Below, one piece after another: positions 1-13,212 of a stretch of DNA of 64,000 nucleotides (position 1 is the first letter of the stretch; each line of letters begins with the position of its first letter). Source of the stretch: the human T2T-CHM13v2.0 reference genome, Homo sapiens; the NCBI RefSeq assembly GCF_009914755.1, contig NC_060944.1, one strand, 5' to 3'. The notes beneath the pieces are model-generated. The model searched no databases. It was not told where the DNA came from and saw nothing but the letters and a program-made list of their open reading frames with translations. The translations under genes and the position numbers were made by a program.

Positions 1-569
1 TATTTAAGTAAAAAGAGTGCTATGATGTATTAAGAGGAAATAGCAAGTTTAAGTCCATCTACACTTATATTTATATATAACTGTGAAAATGAACCTAAAA
101 TTGTAAAATAACATACAGCTATTAGCAGACAGTATCTTCAGGTATGGGAATAGATGGCAATCTTTATTTTCTGTGTAGTTTTTATGGTGTGAAACTTTTT
201 GAAATAGCTGTGTATTCCTTTTATAACAAGACACAACAAAAGAGCTGTTTTTTAAATGCGAGAGTATTGGTTTGTAAAATGAGTAGTGTACAAAATAGTA
301 TACTCAAGGGCATCTTATGTTTTGTAAAATATAGATGAGAAGAAGAAAACTTGTTAGGGAAGACACAAAATTTTAATAGAGGCTAGATAGACGTTGGTAT
401 TATGGGATGTCTTGAGGTTCTATTTTAGCTGTTTTCTGCATTTTTCCAATACAACATGTACATTATTTTCATAGTTTTTCAAACCAATTCCTGCTATCTT
501 TTTTTTAAGTGTAGAAAAGGAACCATACATAGGGAAAAAAAAAATAGCCAAATGCAGTCTCACTTCCCT

Positions 570-780
570 GGTCTCCAGGCAGAGATGGCCTCCAACATCT
601 GAGCACTCACTGACCACAGCTTCCTCCCATGGCTTAACAGTGCCTTCTATTGTGGCTGCCTCGCCCATCAGGCTGTAAGGGTACTGATGGCAGCACCCCT
701 CGTTCACCTCTGCACCTCCAGTGCCTGTCACAGGGCCTGCCACAGAGTACTTCACGGCGGCTAAATAAACGAATGAAGAA
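570..780 (+). mobile_element. L2 3' end fragment
   Basis: GTTCACCTCTGCACCTCCAGTGCCTGTCACAGGGCCTGCCACAGAGTA...TAAATAAACGAATGAA matches the L2 3' end pattern. Confidence 0.6.
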
Positions 781-1954
781 GATACTGGCAGGCTAGAACC
801 TTGTAAGCAAATCAAAGTGTTCCAACAATCATCTTATTTGCAATGGTGAAGGATGGAGTTGAGGGAGCAAACTGGAGGCAGGGAGACAAGATGCCCTGGT
901 TTATTAGGAGTAAGATATTGAGGACCTGGTGGCAAGGGAGCAGCAGTGCAGATGCACCGGAAGTGGAAAGGACAGAATTCAGGGAATAATGGGAGTAAGT
1001 GTCCACAGCAGCCAAGCATTGAGGGTAATGCCCATACTCTGGCTTGGACAACTGGGTGGTGACATTTGCCTGAATATGGAGCAAAAGCTTTTGAGAGAGA
1101 AAACATGACAACTTCAGGTTTGAACACACAGGGTTTGATGAGCAGAGACATCTGGGAGGTGCCACAAGGAGCTCCTTATGTCATCCTCCCAGCTGTCACC
1201 ACACACAGGGTTGATTCTGCAAACCACCGGAGCTTAATTGATGCATGTCTTCTGAGTAAAATTCATCTATCCCTCCTCAGGGATGAAATGCCCCCTGCCT
1301 TAGGATTCTGTGACTTCCTCAAGCCCAGAGAGATGGGGTGCAATGGGAGGGTTGAGTTACAGTGTCAGGCACTGCATAGGCTAAGGAGCTCCAGGGTCTG
1401 CTACTCTGCTATCTGGGAAGATGCTCATTTGCATTGGTTCCCTCTGCAGTGGGATGATTTTGTCCTTCATTTGCCTTCCCTGGATGATGCAGGCTGCCTG
1501 CATCCCCACTCTGAAAACTCTTTACACAGAACTGGCCGCACATTTCATAAAGCCATGAGTGATGTCAAAGAGCATGTACAATGGGGAGAAGACTGACTCT
1601 GGGCATTAATTTTACATTTGTAATCAGGGGATCTTAATCAAATGCCACCAAGCTACCATTGCAAGACAGCCTTCCACAAACACCACCCCTTGCACAGCTC
1701 AGGTTCTGCCTGGCACTCAAATTATCTGCAAAATGGTCCCTACCACCGTGCCCACTTATGCCCCAGGCCTCTCCATGGAGCCACATCCAGTTTCCTAAGC
1801 TTACTACATCACTCTTTGTGTTGTCCTCTCAGCCTTGATTGCCCTTCCAGATGTAACCTAACTAGTTCAGCCCTCTGCAGCCTTCAAAACCTAGCTCAGT
1901 CATCATCTGTCCTGGGGGATCTTTCATTTTTATTTTTTAAAATTTTACTTATTT

Positions 1955-2279
1955 TGGTTTTTGTTGTTGTTGTTATTTTTTTGTTTTGTTTTGTTTTGAG
2001 ATGGAGTCTCACTCTGTCACCCCCACTGGAGTTCAGTGGCACTATCTCAACTCACTGTAACCTCTGCCTCTCAGGTTCATGCAATTCCCTTTCCTCAGCC
2101 TCCTGAATAGCTGGGACTACAGGTGTGCGCCATAAAGTCTGGCTAATTTTTGTATTTTTAGTAGAGACGGGGTTTCACCGCGTTGGCGAAGCTGGTCTTG
2201 AACTCCTGACTTCAAGTGATCTGCCTGCATTGGCCTCCCAAAGTGCTGGGATTACAGGTGTGAGCTACCACACCTGGCT
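1955..2279 (-). mobile_element. AluS
   Basis: Dimeric Alu with a poly(T)/(GTTTT)n tail. Confidence 0.95.
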
Positions 2280-2284
2280 GGGAT

Positions 2285-2764
2285 TTTTTATTATTATTAT
2301 TTTTTACATTTTTAATTTTATAGATTTAAAGGTACAATTGTAGTTGTGTTAAATGGATATATTGTACAGTAGTGAAGTTGGCTTTTAGCGTCCATATCAC
2401 CGGATAGTGTACATTGCGCCGATAGGTAGTATTTCATCTCTGACCCTGCTCCCACCCTCCTACCTTTTAGGGTTTCCAATGTCTCTTATTCCACTCTGTA
2501 CGCCTGTGTGAACCCGTTATTTAGCTACCAGTTATAAGTGAGAGCATTTTTGACTTTATGTGCCTGAGTCATTTCATTTAAAACAATTGCCTCCAGTTCC
2601 AACCATGTTGTTGCAAAATACATACTTTTATTCTTTTATGGCCGAATAGAGTTCCATGGTATATATGCAACACATTTTCTTTATCCAGTCCTCTGTTAAC
2701 GGACACTAAGGTTGGTTTCATGATTTTGCTATTGTGAATAATACCACAAGGAATATGTGAGTAC
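2285..2764 (-). mobile_element. L1PB-like 3' end fragment
   Basis: L1 ORF2 C-terminal/3'UTR-like sequence (TTATAAGTGAGA, CATTTTCTTTATCCAGTC, TTTGCTATTGTGAATA). Confidence 0.8.
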
Positions 2765-4254
2765 ACCTCCTGGCAATCTTCAACCCCTTTCTAACAGGGT
2801 GGGTTTGGATCCCTCTGTCCTGAGTCAATGTCAAGGCACTGCATTGAACCTTTCTGTTTATGATTCTGCATCTCTCACACTACTCTGAGTTCGTAGGTTG
2901 CTGTGCCTTGTCTCAGTACCATGCTCAGCTCCATCCCCACATCTACCATGTTATGTACTAGTGAGTGGTAGCTCCCGCCTGATAGAATGAGCTACTCTCC
3001 ATAGTGGAAAATTCTTTCCCATTGATTCCAAACAGTGCAAAAGACCCCCTTTCAGAATGAAATTTGAGGGTCACCTTTGGCTCTTCTCTGCTGCATCTCC
3101 AACATACAATCTGCCTTCTACCTGCACCATCACCCCTTTCATTTTCCCATTATATTATTCCAGTGGATGCAAGTGATTGCAAATTACCATCTCACCCGTC
3201 ACAAAAGCATTATCTACAAATCGCTTTGTAGGCCATCAAGCATCAGCACATGTCACGATTATCTGGGTGCTCATAAAATCCTTGTGAGATTTGAAGGCCA
3301 GAAACCATCTTCCACATTTTACACACAAGAAACATGAGGCTCAGTAAATTAATCTAGTCAAATACAAAGTTTAGACTGCAAATCAAGACTTGTAATTCTC
3401 AGACTTGGTCTTTTTACATGTTACCTCCATTAAATAGTCTACTATAAGAGTTCGTTAGGGATGGTTTACTCTACAAGAAAAGGATCCTTTTGTTTTTCTC
3501 CAGTGCCTAGTTTGGGACGCAGCACAACAAATCAATAAATCAATAAATCATTACTAAATTAATGAATACATCTCAATAAATCATTACTAAATTAATGAAT
3601 AAATAAATGTCCCTTTGCATCATGACCTTAGTTTTCTCATCTGTAAACGAGCATGTTTAGGTGTGCTGGTTCCCAAGAACATCTCTGGCACTCTTTTGTC
3701 TCTAGCTATCAATTTCTGGCTAGCAGACTGACTGTCAGGCGGAGGTCTGTGCCGGGCAGGATGCAGGCATGGTGAACACCAGGTGCCCTGGGTGTGAATA
3801 ACAAGCAACAAAAACTGAACTGAGACCATTTATGAAAATAATAATGAAACCACACATTCCTTGATACCAGAAATAATACAGGGCTCCATGCCTTGTTACC
3901 GGCTCTGCTTCTCAATGTCTTTGCCATCCCAATGTCGTTCATTCCCACTTTGCCTGAAGTCCATTTTTGGTACAGAAATGTAATTTAGTGGGTGGCTTTT
4001 CCCACAACTCTGGGCCACTAACACATTCATTTTCTTCTCTGCTTTTAAAGTTTATGTTCCTTTGTGCACAACAGGCAGCACATCACCACTTTCCTGCAAA
4101 GTCACAGGCAACAGAGAAACTCCTAAAAGCTCCTGCAAGTCTTGGGAGAGACTGGAGCATTTCCAATAAGACCCTCATGCTACTAGATTGTTCTTAGGAA
4201 CCCCTCAGAAGATTCAGCAACATGCAAAGTGACTTGTAGAATGGGATAATAATC

Positions 4255-4510
4255 ATAAGGGTAATAAACGCCTATTTGATAGTGCTTACTTTCTGCCGGA
4301 CACTGGTCAAACGGCTTTCTATATATCCTTTCATTTAACTCTCCTGACAACTCTGTGAGGGAAATGCTGTCAATATCTCTATGTTTCAGAGGGGAGATCT
4401 GAGGCATAGTGACATTAGGACACTCTACAGGTCACATTATTAGGAATGGGCAAAGCCAAGCTTGGAACCCAGGCAGCATGATTCCAGAGCAAATACTCTT
4501 ACCACTATGT
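4255..4510 (-). mobile_element. MIR
   Basis: TCATTTAACTCTC...CAGAGGGGAGATCTGAGGCA...GGTCACA...GAACCCAGGCAG. Confidence 0.75.
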
Positions 4511-4589
4511 TCTTTTTTTCTCCTATAGCTACATATGCTCCTCTTTCATGAAGCCTTCCTGGCCACCCCACAAACAATGCTAAATACTA

Positions 4590-4790
4590 GATGGTGACAG
4601 AACAAGGAGCAGGGGCTTCACAGTCAGTTAGAACTGATTTCCACCCCTGGCTGTGCCAAATTACTTATATGATTGTGGGCAAATTGAATAACCTCTTTAA
4701 ATCTTAACTTCCTCATTTGTAAAATGGAAATGATAAACATTTCACAGTACCTTGGCAAACACTTAAGACTTAAGAGTCAGTAAATGTCCT
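4590..4790 (+). mobile_element. MIR
   Basis: GGGCAAATT...AACCTCT...TTCCTCATTTGTAAAATGG. Confidence 0.7.
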
Positions 4791-4844
4791 GCATGCTCTG
4801 AAATGGGAAGTCCCAAGGCAGAACAGAGGGGTGCTCTGTTCCCT

Positions 4845-5530
4845 TCACTCCTCATTCATTTATTCATTTATTCACTTACCCAACAATTCTTTAATGAGCA
4901 CCAACCACATACCGTGCATTGCCTGGGGTCCTGGGAAGGTTCCTGTTCTCACGGAGCTTACAGTCTAGTGATGAGTGACAGAAGTTAAAAGGCAAATACA
5001 CCAATGGCACACACAATTTCAGAGACAATCAGCGCAAGAAGACAATAAACAGGAGATACGAGTGATGTAGTAATGGTATGCTGGGGAGGAGGGTGTGAGG
5101 GAGAGAACTGCTTTAGACTGGCCTGGGAGATATTTGAGCCGAGACTAAAATGAGCAAATGAGCAGCATCAGCCAGCCAAGTGAAGATCCAGGGGGCTAGG
5201 GGTGGGGTGGAGAGGGGACAAACGATTTAGACAAAGGAAATGACAAGTGCAAAACGCAAACAGGCAAAAAACTTAGAGGGTTCTAGGAAACCAAATAAGG
5301 CCAGTACGGCTGGAGCATAGTGCATGGCCAGGAGAATAGAAGGAGATGAGCTTTGAGAGGCTGGTGCGACTAGATCTTGCTGGGCCTTGTGGGCCATATA
5401 AACAAGGAGTTCGGATTTCATTGTAAGTGCAATAGGAAGCTCTTAGGGCATTTTAAGTAGGGAACTGGCATGATGTGATTTATGTTTTCAGAAGCTCAAT
5501 CTCGATAAGAAGTGAAGAATGGATAAAAGG
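4845..5530 (-). mobile_element. L2a/b 3' fragment
   Basis: (TTCA)n tail, GGAGCTTACAGTCTAG, GGGCCTTGTGGGCCA and GAGTTCGGATTTCATT. Confidence 0.8.
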
Positions 5531-7639
5531 AGTGGAATACATTTAGAAGTGGAACCTGGAGATTGTGATAAATGTTAGACCTCAAAGCTTCACTCCATAG
5601 ACGGACAAGAATGACATTTCTTCTTTATCCCCGTAGATGTGTTTCCCAAGACATCCAGGAGAGGATATTGGCGCAAACAGTGAGTCATCACTCTCCACCC
5701 ACCTTCCAGACTCCCTCCTCCATGCATATCCAGCTCTTCTCAACCTGGGGCTCCCTTAGAAAATCCAGACAAAACAATTGCCACAGAGCCAACATCTTCC
5801 TTTTCCCTTTGTCTTATGGTAAAAACATATTTGTAGAAGCAAATCCAATAATAAAAGATTAGCACATAAATACACTGAAAAGTAAGATCACTGACAAATA
5901 CACCAAGTGTCGGCAAACAGTTCTCAGTGTCTTGGCACATGCGGAGCCCATGTTGCAGGTGGCATCAGGCAGACATGGGGCCTAATCAGAACTCCCACTG
6001 AAGCTGGACGGCCTTGAGTCAGCAATGTTCTAGTTAATATCTCTCCTCCATTTGTCCCCCCGCTCTGCATTTCCTGGTTTTTTCAACAGAGTCATCTGGG
6101 GAAAACCCACACATTTTATGATATTTTGTCTTCCCCTTCCTCTCTGTTAAAATAAATGCCTGTCACATTTGATACTCATCTGAATTACTGATGTTGGGCA
6201 TGAGATGGTGGGGCCATGCGATCCCTCTGGAGACAGGAATCTGGTTTATTTGGATCCCCAGGAGCTCATGAATACTGTGAGTTAGGCTTTTGGCTCTTAA
6301 AGAAGAGAGTCCATAATATCCCAGAACAATGCCTCAGTAGCAGATTTAGTTCTCTTTTTTTTTTCTCCTGATTGTGTTCCTTTTTACCTAGCACTAATGT
6401 GGGTGGCTATGGTGAGAGAAGAACATGCTAGGAAGAGGTTCTCTCATTTTCATATTCTTCTCATGCACACATCCACTAGGGAGCTAGGTGGAGATGCTTG
6501 CACCCCAAGAGCTCTGGGCCCAGCCACTCATTGGAATCAATAAGCCTTCCTAAGGGTTTAGAGTTGGGGGAACTGAGGCCCAGTGATGTTCTATATCTCT
6601 CTTCTATACCCCGAAGACATTGAGTTCCATAATTGTACCATACTTTGCCTGGCATGGCCTGCACTGGCATGGCTCATGAAACATGATAGGGGCCTGCCCA
6701 GTTGACCCAGGCCCCCCTTGAGGCTTGGTGTGTGCTGAGAGGGTGACTCCTGTTTCAGGCATTGACAAGAAACCCAGTCCAGGGGTTTGTGTTGCTGACA
6801 GCAGGCAAGCTATCAGCAGGGGTGTCTGATATAGGCTGTGAGACTCCAAGGTCAAAGGAGGAAAAGCATCTCAGAGTCTCTGTCGGTTGGAGAGGGCAGA
6901 GATGAAAGTAGAACTCATGGAGTGAGGCGTGACCCAAGCACTACAGGGAGAGGCACATGCAAGGCACAGGCCTCTATGAATGCCTGAGGAGTCCATTCAG
7001 AATCCAGTTAGACCTGCCCCGGAGCAGGTGAAGGTGGGTCACGTGGTCAGAGCTGGACCCATGGCTGAATCCATTCAGCCACTTTCTGCTCAGGCCAGGA
7101 CTGACCCCAGGACACAGCCTGCAGTAGGGGAGCTCACTGCCCTTGCTTAGGGGCAGGCAAAGAGATTCAAAAGCCAAGGGGGGCCTGGTAACACTGACAT
7201 CCCAGGCTCAGTTCTGCTCATCAGTCCCTGAGTGAGAAAAGCTGCAGGTCTTCAGGCCCTTGTCACTCCCTGCTGGTGTTAATTTACTCACTTCTTAGAC
7301 GTCTCCGCAGAAAGGTCAAGGGCTAGATGAGTAATCATGGCTGAGCTAATGCCTCAGCCTCAGCCATCGATTCTCGACCTCAATTTTCACAAATGTCTCA
7401 CTATCTTATCCAAATATGCTTCATACCTTGGAGGAAAGGGTGTTCCTGGTGAAGTTTGCAAATGATTGATTTAAGTGGTTGTGGCTTTCAGAAACTGGCA
7501 TAAAAAAGAATGTGAGCAAAGACCGATCTGCACAGGAACCAACCATTGGATGCTGCTGTGGGGAGGAATGTGGATACCAGGAAACGGGCTCTCTCCCCCT
7601 CCTACAGGAGCCCAGAGCCTCCTACCTCAGTCCACCGAT

Positions 7640-7940
7640 TAGAGGGTCACAGGTTTCAGGATGCATCAGAATTACCTGGAGAATGTGTCAACATGCAGGT
7701 TCCAGGGCCCTGGCCCTAGAGTCAGATTCTATAGATGTGGCGCAAGACCCAGAAATGTCATGTGGCCACGATCCTTCATGAGCCTGATGGAGGCATGGTC
7801 TCAGAGCCTTGCTGCTCAAAGTGTGGTTGGTGGACTGCAGGCAGTAGAACAGAAATGAAGAATTTCAGGCTACAGGATCAGAATCTGCCTTTAACAGAAT
7901 CGCCAGTGATTCTTGTGCACGATGTTGAGAAATGCTGGCT
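7640..7940. mobile_element. MER5A/B hAT-Charlie fragments
   Basis: GCATCAGAATTACCTGGAG, CTCAAAGTGTGG and TCAGAATCTGCCTTTAACA. Confidence 0.6.
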
Positions 7941-8720
7941 TAGACCACATTGTGAGCCCCGTTGGCTCTTCTCTGGGCCCAGATTTTTCTCTGGCTGTGT
8001 TTTGTGACTCCACTTCACTCACCTCTAATTCCCTGAGGGACCCCTTCCACCCCAAGATAAATAGAACTGACCTTCTGGGCCACACACTCTTGCAGGGAGA
8101 CATGTACACACACACAGGCACCTACCAAGGCTGATGTGGTAGGGCCAGCCCAGCAGATCTGGGACCTCAGCAAAGCCAATCTGAGGGCAAGAGAATGAGA
8201 ACAGAAAAAGTATGGGGGCTACAGCCTTGCCAACTGCTCACAGATTTCAGCAAAGAAAACAGCAATAATTAATTCTGCCAATACTTTTTGAGCACCTGCT
8301 ATGTGCCAGGCCCTGGGGGAATGACAGCCGCCATTCATATAATACCTTTTGGTTGATAAAACATGTTCACTCCATTCTGTCAGTGAACTGCACATACGAC
8401 AGAGAAATGAGCCTGTGATATAGAAAGCATGATCCCCATTTTACAGATGATGAAACTGAGGCTCCAAGAAACTGAGTTACTTGTCCAAGATTTAAAAATA
8501 GCTTTTGAGCTGGGATCCCCACTTTTTTGGCTTTCTTCCCTCACACTCAATGTGATTAATTTATTTGCTCTACATGGTCATTTGAGCATTACCCCCGACA
8601 TTTTTTTCTGCCTTTTCTGCCATGATGACTGTCCAGCATGGAGAAGCATTGTGTCCAGTTGCCACTGAATTTCCATTAGATGGGGCCACTCATCCTGAAC
8701 TACAAGTGGCACTGAGTATG

Positions 8721-9216
8721 CCCATGCTCACAGCAGCTATTCATCATAGCTAAATTTTCATCACAGCTAAAATGTGGAAGCAACCCAAGTGCTCATGGAT
8801 GAATGAATGAATAATTAAAATGTGGCACATACATAGAATAAAATATTATTTAGCCTTAAAAAGGAAGGAAATTCTTACACATGCTACTACATAGATTAGC
8901 CTTAAGCTAATTGAAATAAGTCAATCGCAAAAAGAGAAATATTATATAATTCTACTTACATGAGACACTTAAGAGTAGTCAAAATCATAGAGACAGGAAG
9001 TAGAATGGTGGCTACCAGGGGGTGGGAGAAGAGGGAAATGAAGAGTTCGTATTTAATGGACACAGAGTCTCCATTTTGCAAGAAAAAGAGTTTTGGAGAT
9101 GGATGGTGTGAAGGTTGCACATTATCAATGTATTTAACGCTACTCAACTCTACATTTAAAAATGATTAAGATGGTATATTTTATGTTACCTGTATTTTAC
9201 CACAATTTAAAAAAAT
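8721..9216 (+). mobile_element. L1MB-like 3' end
   Basis: GGAAGCAACCCAAGTG...AGTAGAATGGTGGCTACCAGG...TTTTACCACAAT followed by an A-tail. Confidence 0.8.
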
Positions 9217-10911
9217 GGGAGGTGGAGGAAGAGATTCTAAGCAGCTTCCTGTGTAAAGGCCAGATCTTGGAACTGGAAGTTAGGACTGAGCCACCAATCA
9301 TGAACGGAATGACCACTGGGACTGCACAGAAATATATTAATATGTCAGCCAAACCCAAGATTCAGAGGCTGAGCAGGGATACGCAAGACATTGCTTTGAA
9401 GTGTTGATTCCTTATCACTCATCAGTGAAAATTCTTAAACTTGGAGCAACAATGAAATGCTTCCTGAACACAAGAAAATAAAACAACAAAATAAAGAACA
9501 AAACAAGCCCTGAACATGCCTGAACCAAGAAAGCCAGGATGTGAGGGTGATGAGCATGAGGGTGTGGGCATGGGCGGATTGCATGGGGCTGGGAGTGCAC
9601 AGCGGGGGAGCCTGAATGAGCAGGCAGAGGGACCTGTGGGCGCTTGCTTTTGCTTCCGGGTCTTCTTCATTATCATGGGCCCGGGGAATCTGAGAGGGTC
9701 TCACAGTGCCCACAGCCTTACCCTTATCCCAGGTGCAACTGCTGATCCTCCCTGAAACACCAGCTCATAAGGGCATCCTCATGTGGACCAGAAGCAATGA
9801 CACTGGCCGTGTGTCACAGCTTACAGAGCATCTTCATGTGCCACCCAATCATCTATGCCCTGGTGGGAGTACTATCTCCACTCATTTTACAGATGATGAA
9901 ACTGAGACTCAGACCAGTAAAGCTGTCTGTCCAAGGAATAACCAGAGGGTAGACTTGCATCCAGACTCCAGGCTCCAAGGCCCAAACTCTGCATCTGGCA
10001 CCTCATGGTCTCATGTCTCCGGAATAAGTACTCAATAGCCACAGCTGAGGTGCCTCATGCATCATGGGCAGCCACAGCCCCTGCCCCAGTCCCCTTGTCT
10101 GATGAACACACATCATGATGCCACTCTATAAAGAGGACCGTTGCCAGAAAGGATTAATTCATTAATGAATATGAGGTCTCTGGAAACCCAGAACGTGATG
10201 TAAATACCCGTGCTGTCAAAGCTGCCTCTCTGTTGCAGAATGAAAAGCACCAAAATCCCTCCATTGTCCTTGGATAATAGCTTTGATTTGGGGCAGGGCA
10301 GGAGGAAGGAGACTCTGTCTGGGGGATAAACAATGCTGGGATGTTCCAACATAGCAGGATTTGCACACAGGATCCAGCAGAGATGGCGTGCTTTTCTCAA
10401 TATTGTCTGGGATATCAAATGGGAAGACTGGAACAGCCAGGGGAGATTTGGATGCCTGAGATCTGGAGCTGCTGGAGCTGAAGGAATTGATTTCCAACTA
10501 GATTTCTCACACGCCTCGTGCTTGGGCTGGATGGCTGAAGGTCAGCCCAGCTGGCACTGTCACCTGGAGCACGGACTTAGGGTCTTGCCATGGGGTCCAG
10601 GCTTCTCACCGCATACAGAGTGAGTTCTGAAGGAGAAGATCTTCAAGGGAACAAGTGTCCTAAGAGACCACCCTCAAATGCCATGTGGTTCCAACTTTTC
10701 TCAAGGGGAAGGTACAGTTTTAGCCAGCCCAGACCCAAGGGAAGGGATCAGAGACATTCTTGATGGGAAGAGTGTCAAAGATTTGGGGGCCATGTTTTAA
10801 AGCCATCACAGGGAAGGACGTCAGGGTTTGGTATAGGATTGAGTTTGAATACCCTAGTCCCAGACACCCACCCCGTCTCTATGAGGAAGATAATACAGAA
10901 CACTCCAACAC

Positions 10912-11213
10912 TTTTTTTTCTTTTCATTTTTGAGACAGAGTCTCCTTCTGTCACCCAGGTTGGAGTGAAGTGGCGTGATCTTGGCTCACTGCAACCTCCA
11001 CCTCCTGGGTTCAAGTGATTCTCCTGCCTCAGCCTCCTAAGTAGCTGGTACTACAGACACACATGACCATGCCGGGCTAATTTTTGTATTTTTAGAGGAG
11101 ACAGGATTTCACTATGTGGGCCAGGCTGGTCTCGAACTCCTGACCGCAAACGATCCGCCCGCCTCAGCCTCCCAAAGTGCTGGGATTGCAGACTTGAGCC
11201 ACCGCACCCAGCC
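10912..11213 (-). mobile_element. AluS
   Basis: Full Alu with TSD CCAACACTTT (10905-10914 / 11215-11224). Confidence 0.95.
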
Positions 11214-12189
11214 CCCAACACTTTGAATTAAACCATTTTCATCCTTGAGGCATAAGTTTTAGGGTCCTTAAGGAACCTAGGTCCTTGCCTTTATTTATTG
11301 ATGACAAAACTGAAGCCACGAGAGGACACTTGTTATGGCCAATGTCACATGTCTGCTAAGTGTCACAGCCAGTGTTCAAAAGGAGGCTGCTGACTCCAAA
11401 TCCAACACTGACTCTTTGCTCCCAGGTCTGGCTGCTATAGCAGCTGGGCTGCCTCGTTCTTTCTACCAAGATATGGAATCCATCTTTAGAGCTGAGTAAC
11501 CAGCTGCAAACCAGAGCCTTCCAGCTTCTCTTCCTCTAGGAGAAGGGCAAGGAACAGGGCGGCCCAGGGATGTGTGCTGTCTAGGGAGGCTGTAGGCTGG
11601 CAGACAAATAAGAGCAGATCAGCTGACCCCCACTCCCCCCAGGGCGGGTCTATGATGGGCAATTGGATAAACACATTCAGAACAGGATGAATGTGCAGCC
11701 GAGCGTGAGCACATTTTAAAATATACATTTCACCTCCATATGCAGATCCCAGTGACATGTGACAAATGTGCTGTGGCCTCCAGGAGCTGTTCTCCAAGGA
11801 GGCACTTATTTCATTTGACTCCAAGCATCCAACCTCAACAGATGGCAGAATTCAGATGGGTGGCGGGAAGCAGGCTTCAATTACTGCAGGAAGACTCAAG
11901 TTAGACAATGGGAAGAACTTTCCTTCTCTGGAACACCAGCTTTTTTCAGCGACTATTTTGCAATGTGATACACAGACTCAACATAGACACTTTCACGTGA
12001 ATAAAAGTGCTCTCTGTAGAAATGGGGGGAAAAAAACCTGGTTGATAGAAACTTAGACTTTTAGCTCAGACTCCCAGATTTTCTGCAATACACTCATTCC
12101 ACAAAGGGTGTCACCCTTGTGAGCACTTTTGGCTTAAATGAAGGCTCAGTGTCTCTTTTTGGAGAGCAGACAACATGTTAAGGACATAA

Positions 12190-12359
<170 letters not shown>

Positions 12360-12524
12360 TGAAATATGTAGATTTGAACTTGAAAACCTGAGAACTGAAG
12401 CCCTGTAACCTTTTCCAAACTAATCTGTGAGACAGGAAGGGGTTTAGAATTATATAAATAAGTCACCTGCTTGTGTGTCAGGCACATTTTTTCTTTTTCT
12501 GTTGTTGTTGTGGGGGATAACACC

Positions 12525-13212
12525 CTTTGTGAGATAAAACTCACAACCATACAATTATACAATTCATCCATTTAAAGTGTATAATGCAGTGAATTATCGT
12601 ATATTCACATAGTTATGCAGCCATCATTGTAAGTCAATTTTAGAAAATGTTCATTACCCCAAAAAGAAATTCCATACCCTTCACTTCCACACAAACTCTT
12701 TGCCTAGGCAACCACTAATCTTCTTTCCGTGTCTATAGACTTACCTATTCTGAACATTGCAATACACTAGTCTTTCGTGTCTGACTTCTTTCCCTTATCA
12801 TGTTATTTCAAGGTTTGTCTATGTTGCAGCATGTATGCCTTCATTCCTTTTTATTGTGGAAAAAGTGTTCACTGTATGGATATGCTATATTTAATTTATC
12901 CGATCATCAGCTGATGGGCATGTGGGCGGTTTCTATTTTGGGGTGATCATGAATACTACTGCTATGAGCATTCATGTACAAGGTTTCCTGTGGATGTATG
13001 TCTTCATTTATCTTGGATATGGACTTAGCAGTGGAATTGCTGAGCATGGAACTGTACATTTAACTTCTTGAGGAACTCCCAAACTGCTTTTCAAAGAGGC
13101 TGACCATGTTACACTCACAACAACAGTGTATGAGGATCCAATTTTTTCACATTCTCTCCAACACTTGTTATTATCTGTCTTTTTCATGGTGGCCATCCTA
13201 CTGGGTGGGGAG
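12525..13212 (-). mobile_element. L1MB-like 3' fragment
   Basis: CCATTTAAAGTGTATAAT...AGGCAACCACTAATCT...TTGAGGAACTCCCAAACTG. Confidence 0.8.

Noticed and set aside
420-815. 131-aa ORF with a plausible acceptor and donor on the minus strand
   Set aside because: The sequence matches an L2 3' end read antisense, and I recognise no protein family.
1066-1596. 176-aa ORF
   Set aside because: No recognisable domain or exon structure and a non-ATG start. The length is compatible with chance.
1642-2343. Alu-derived ORFs (also at 34017, 42111, 50673, 53725, 57104, 62661)
   Set aside because: Typical spurious Alu translations.
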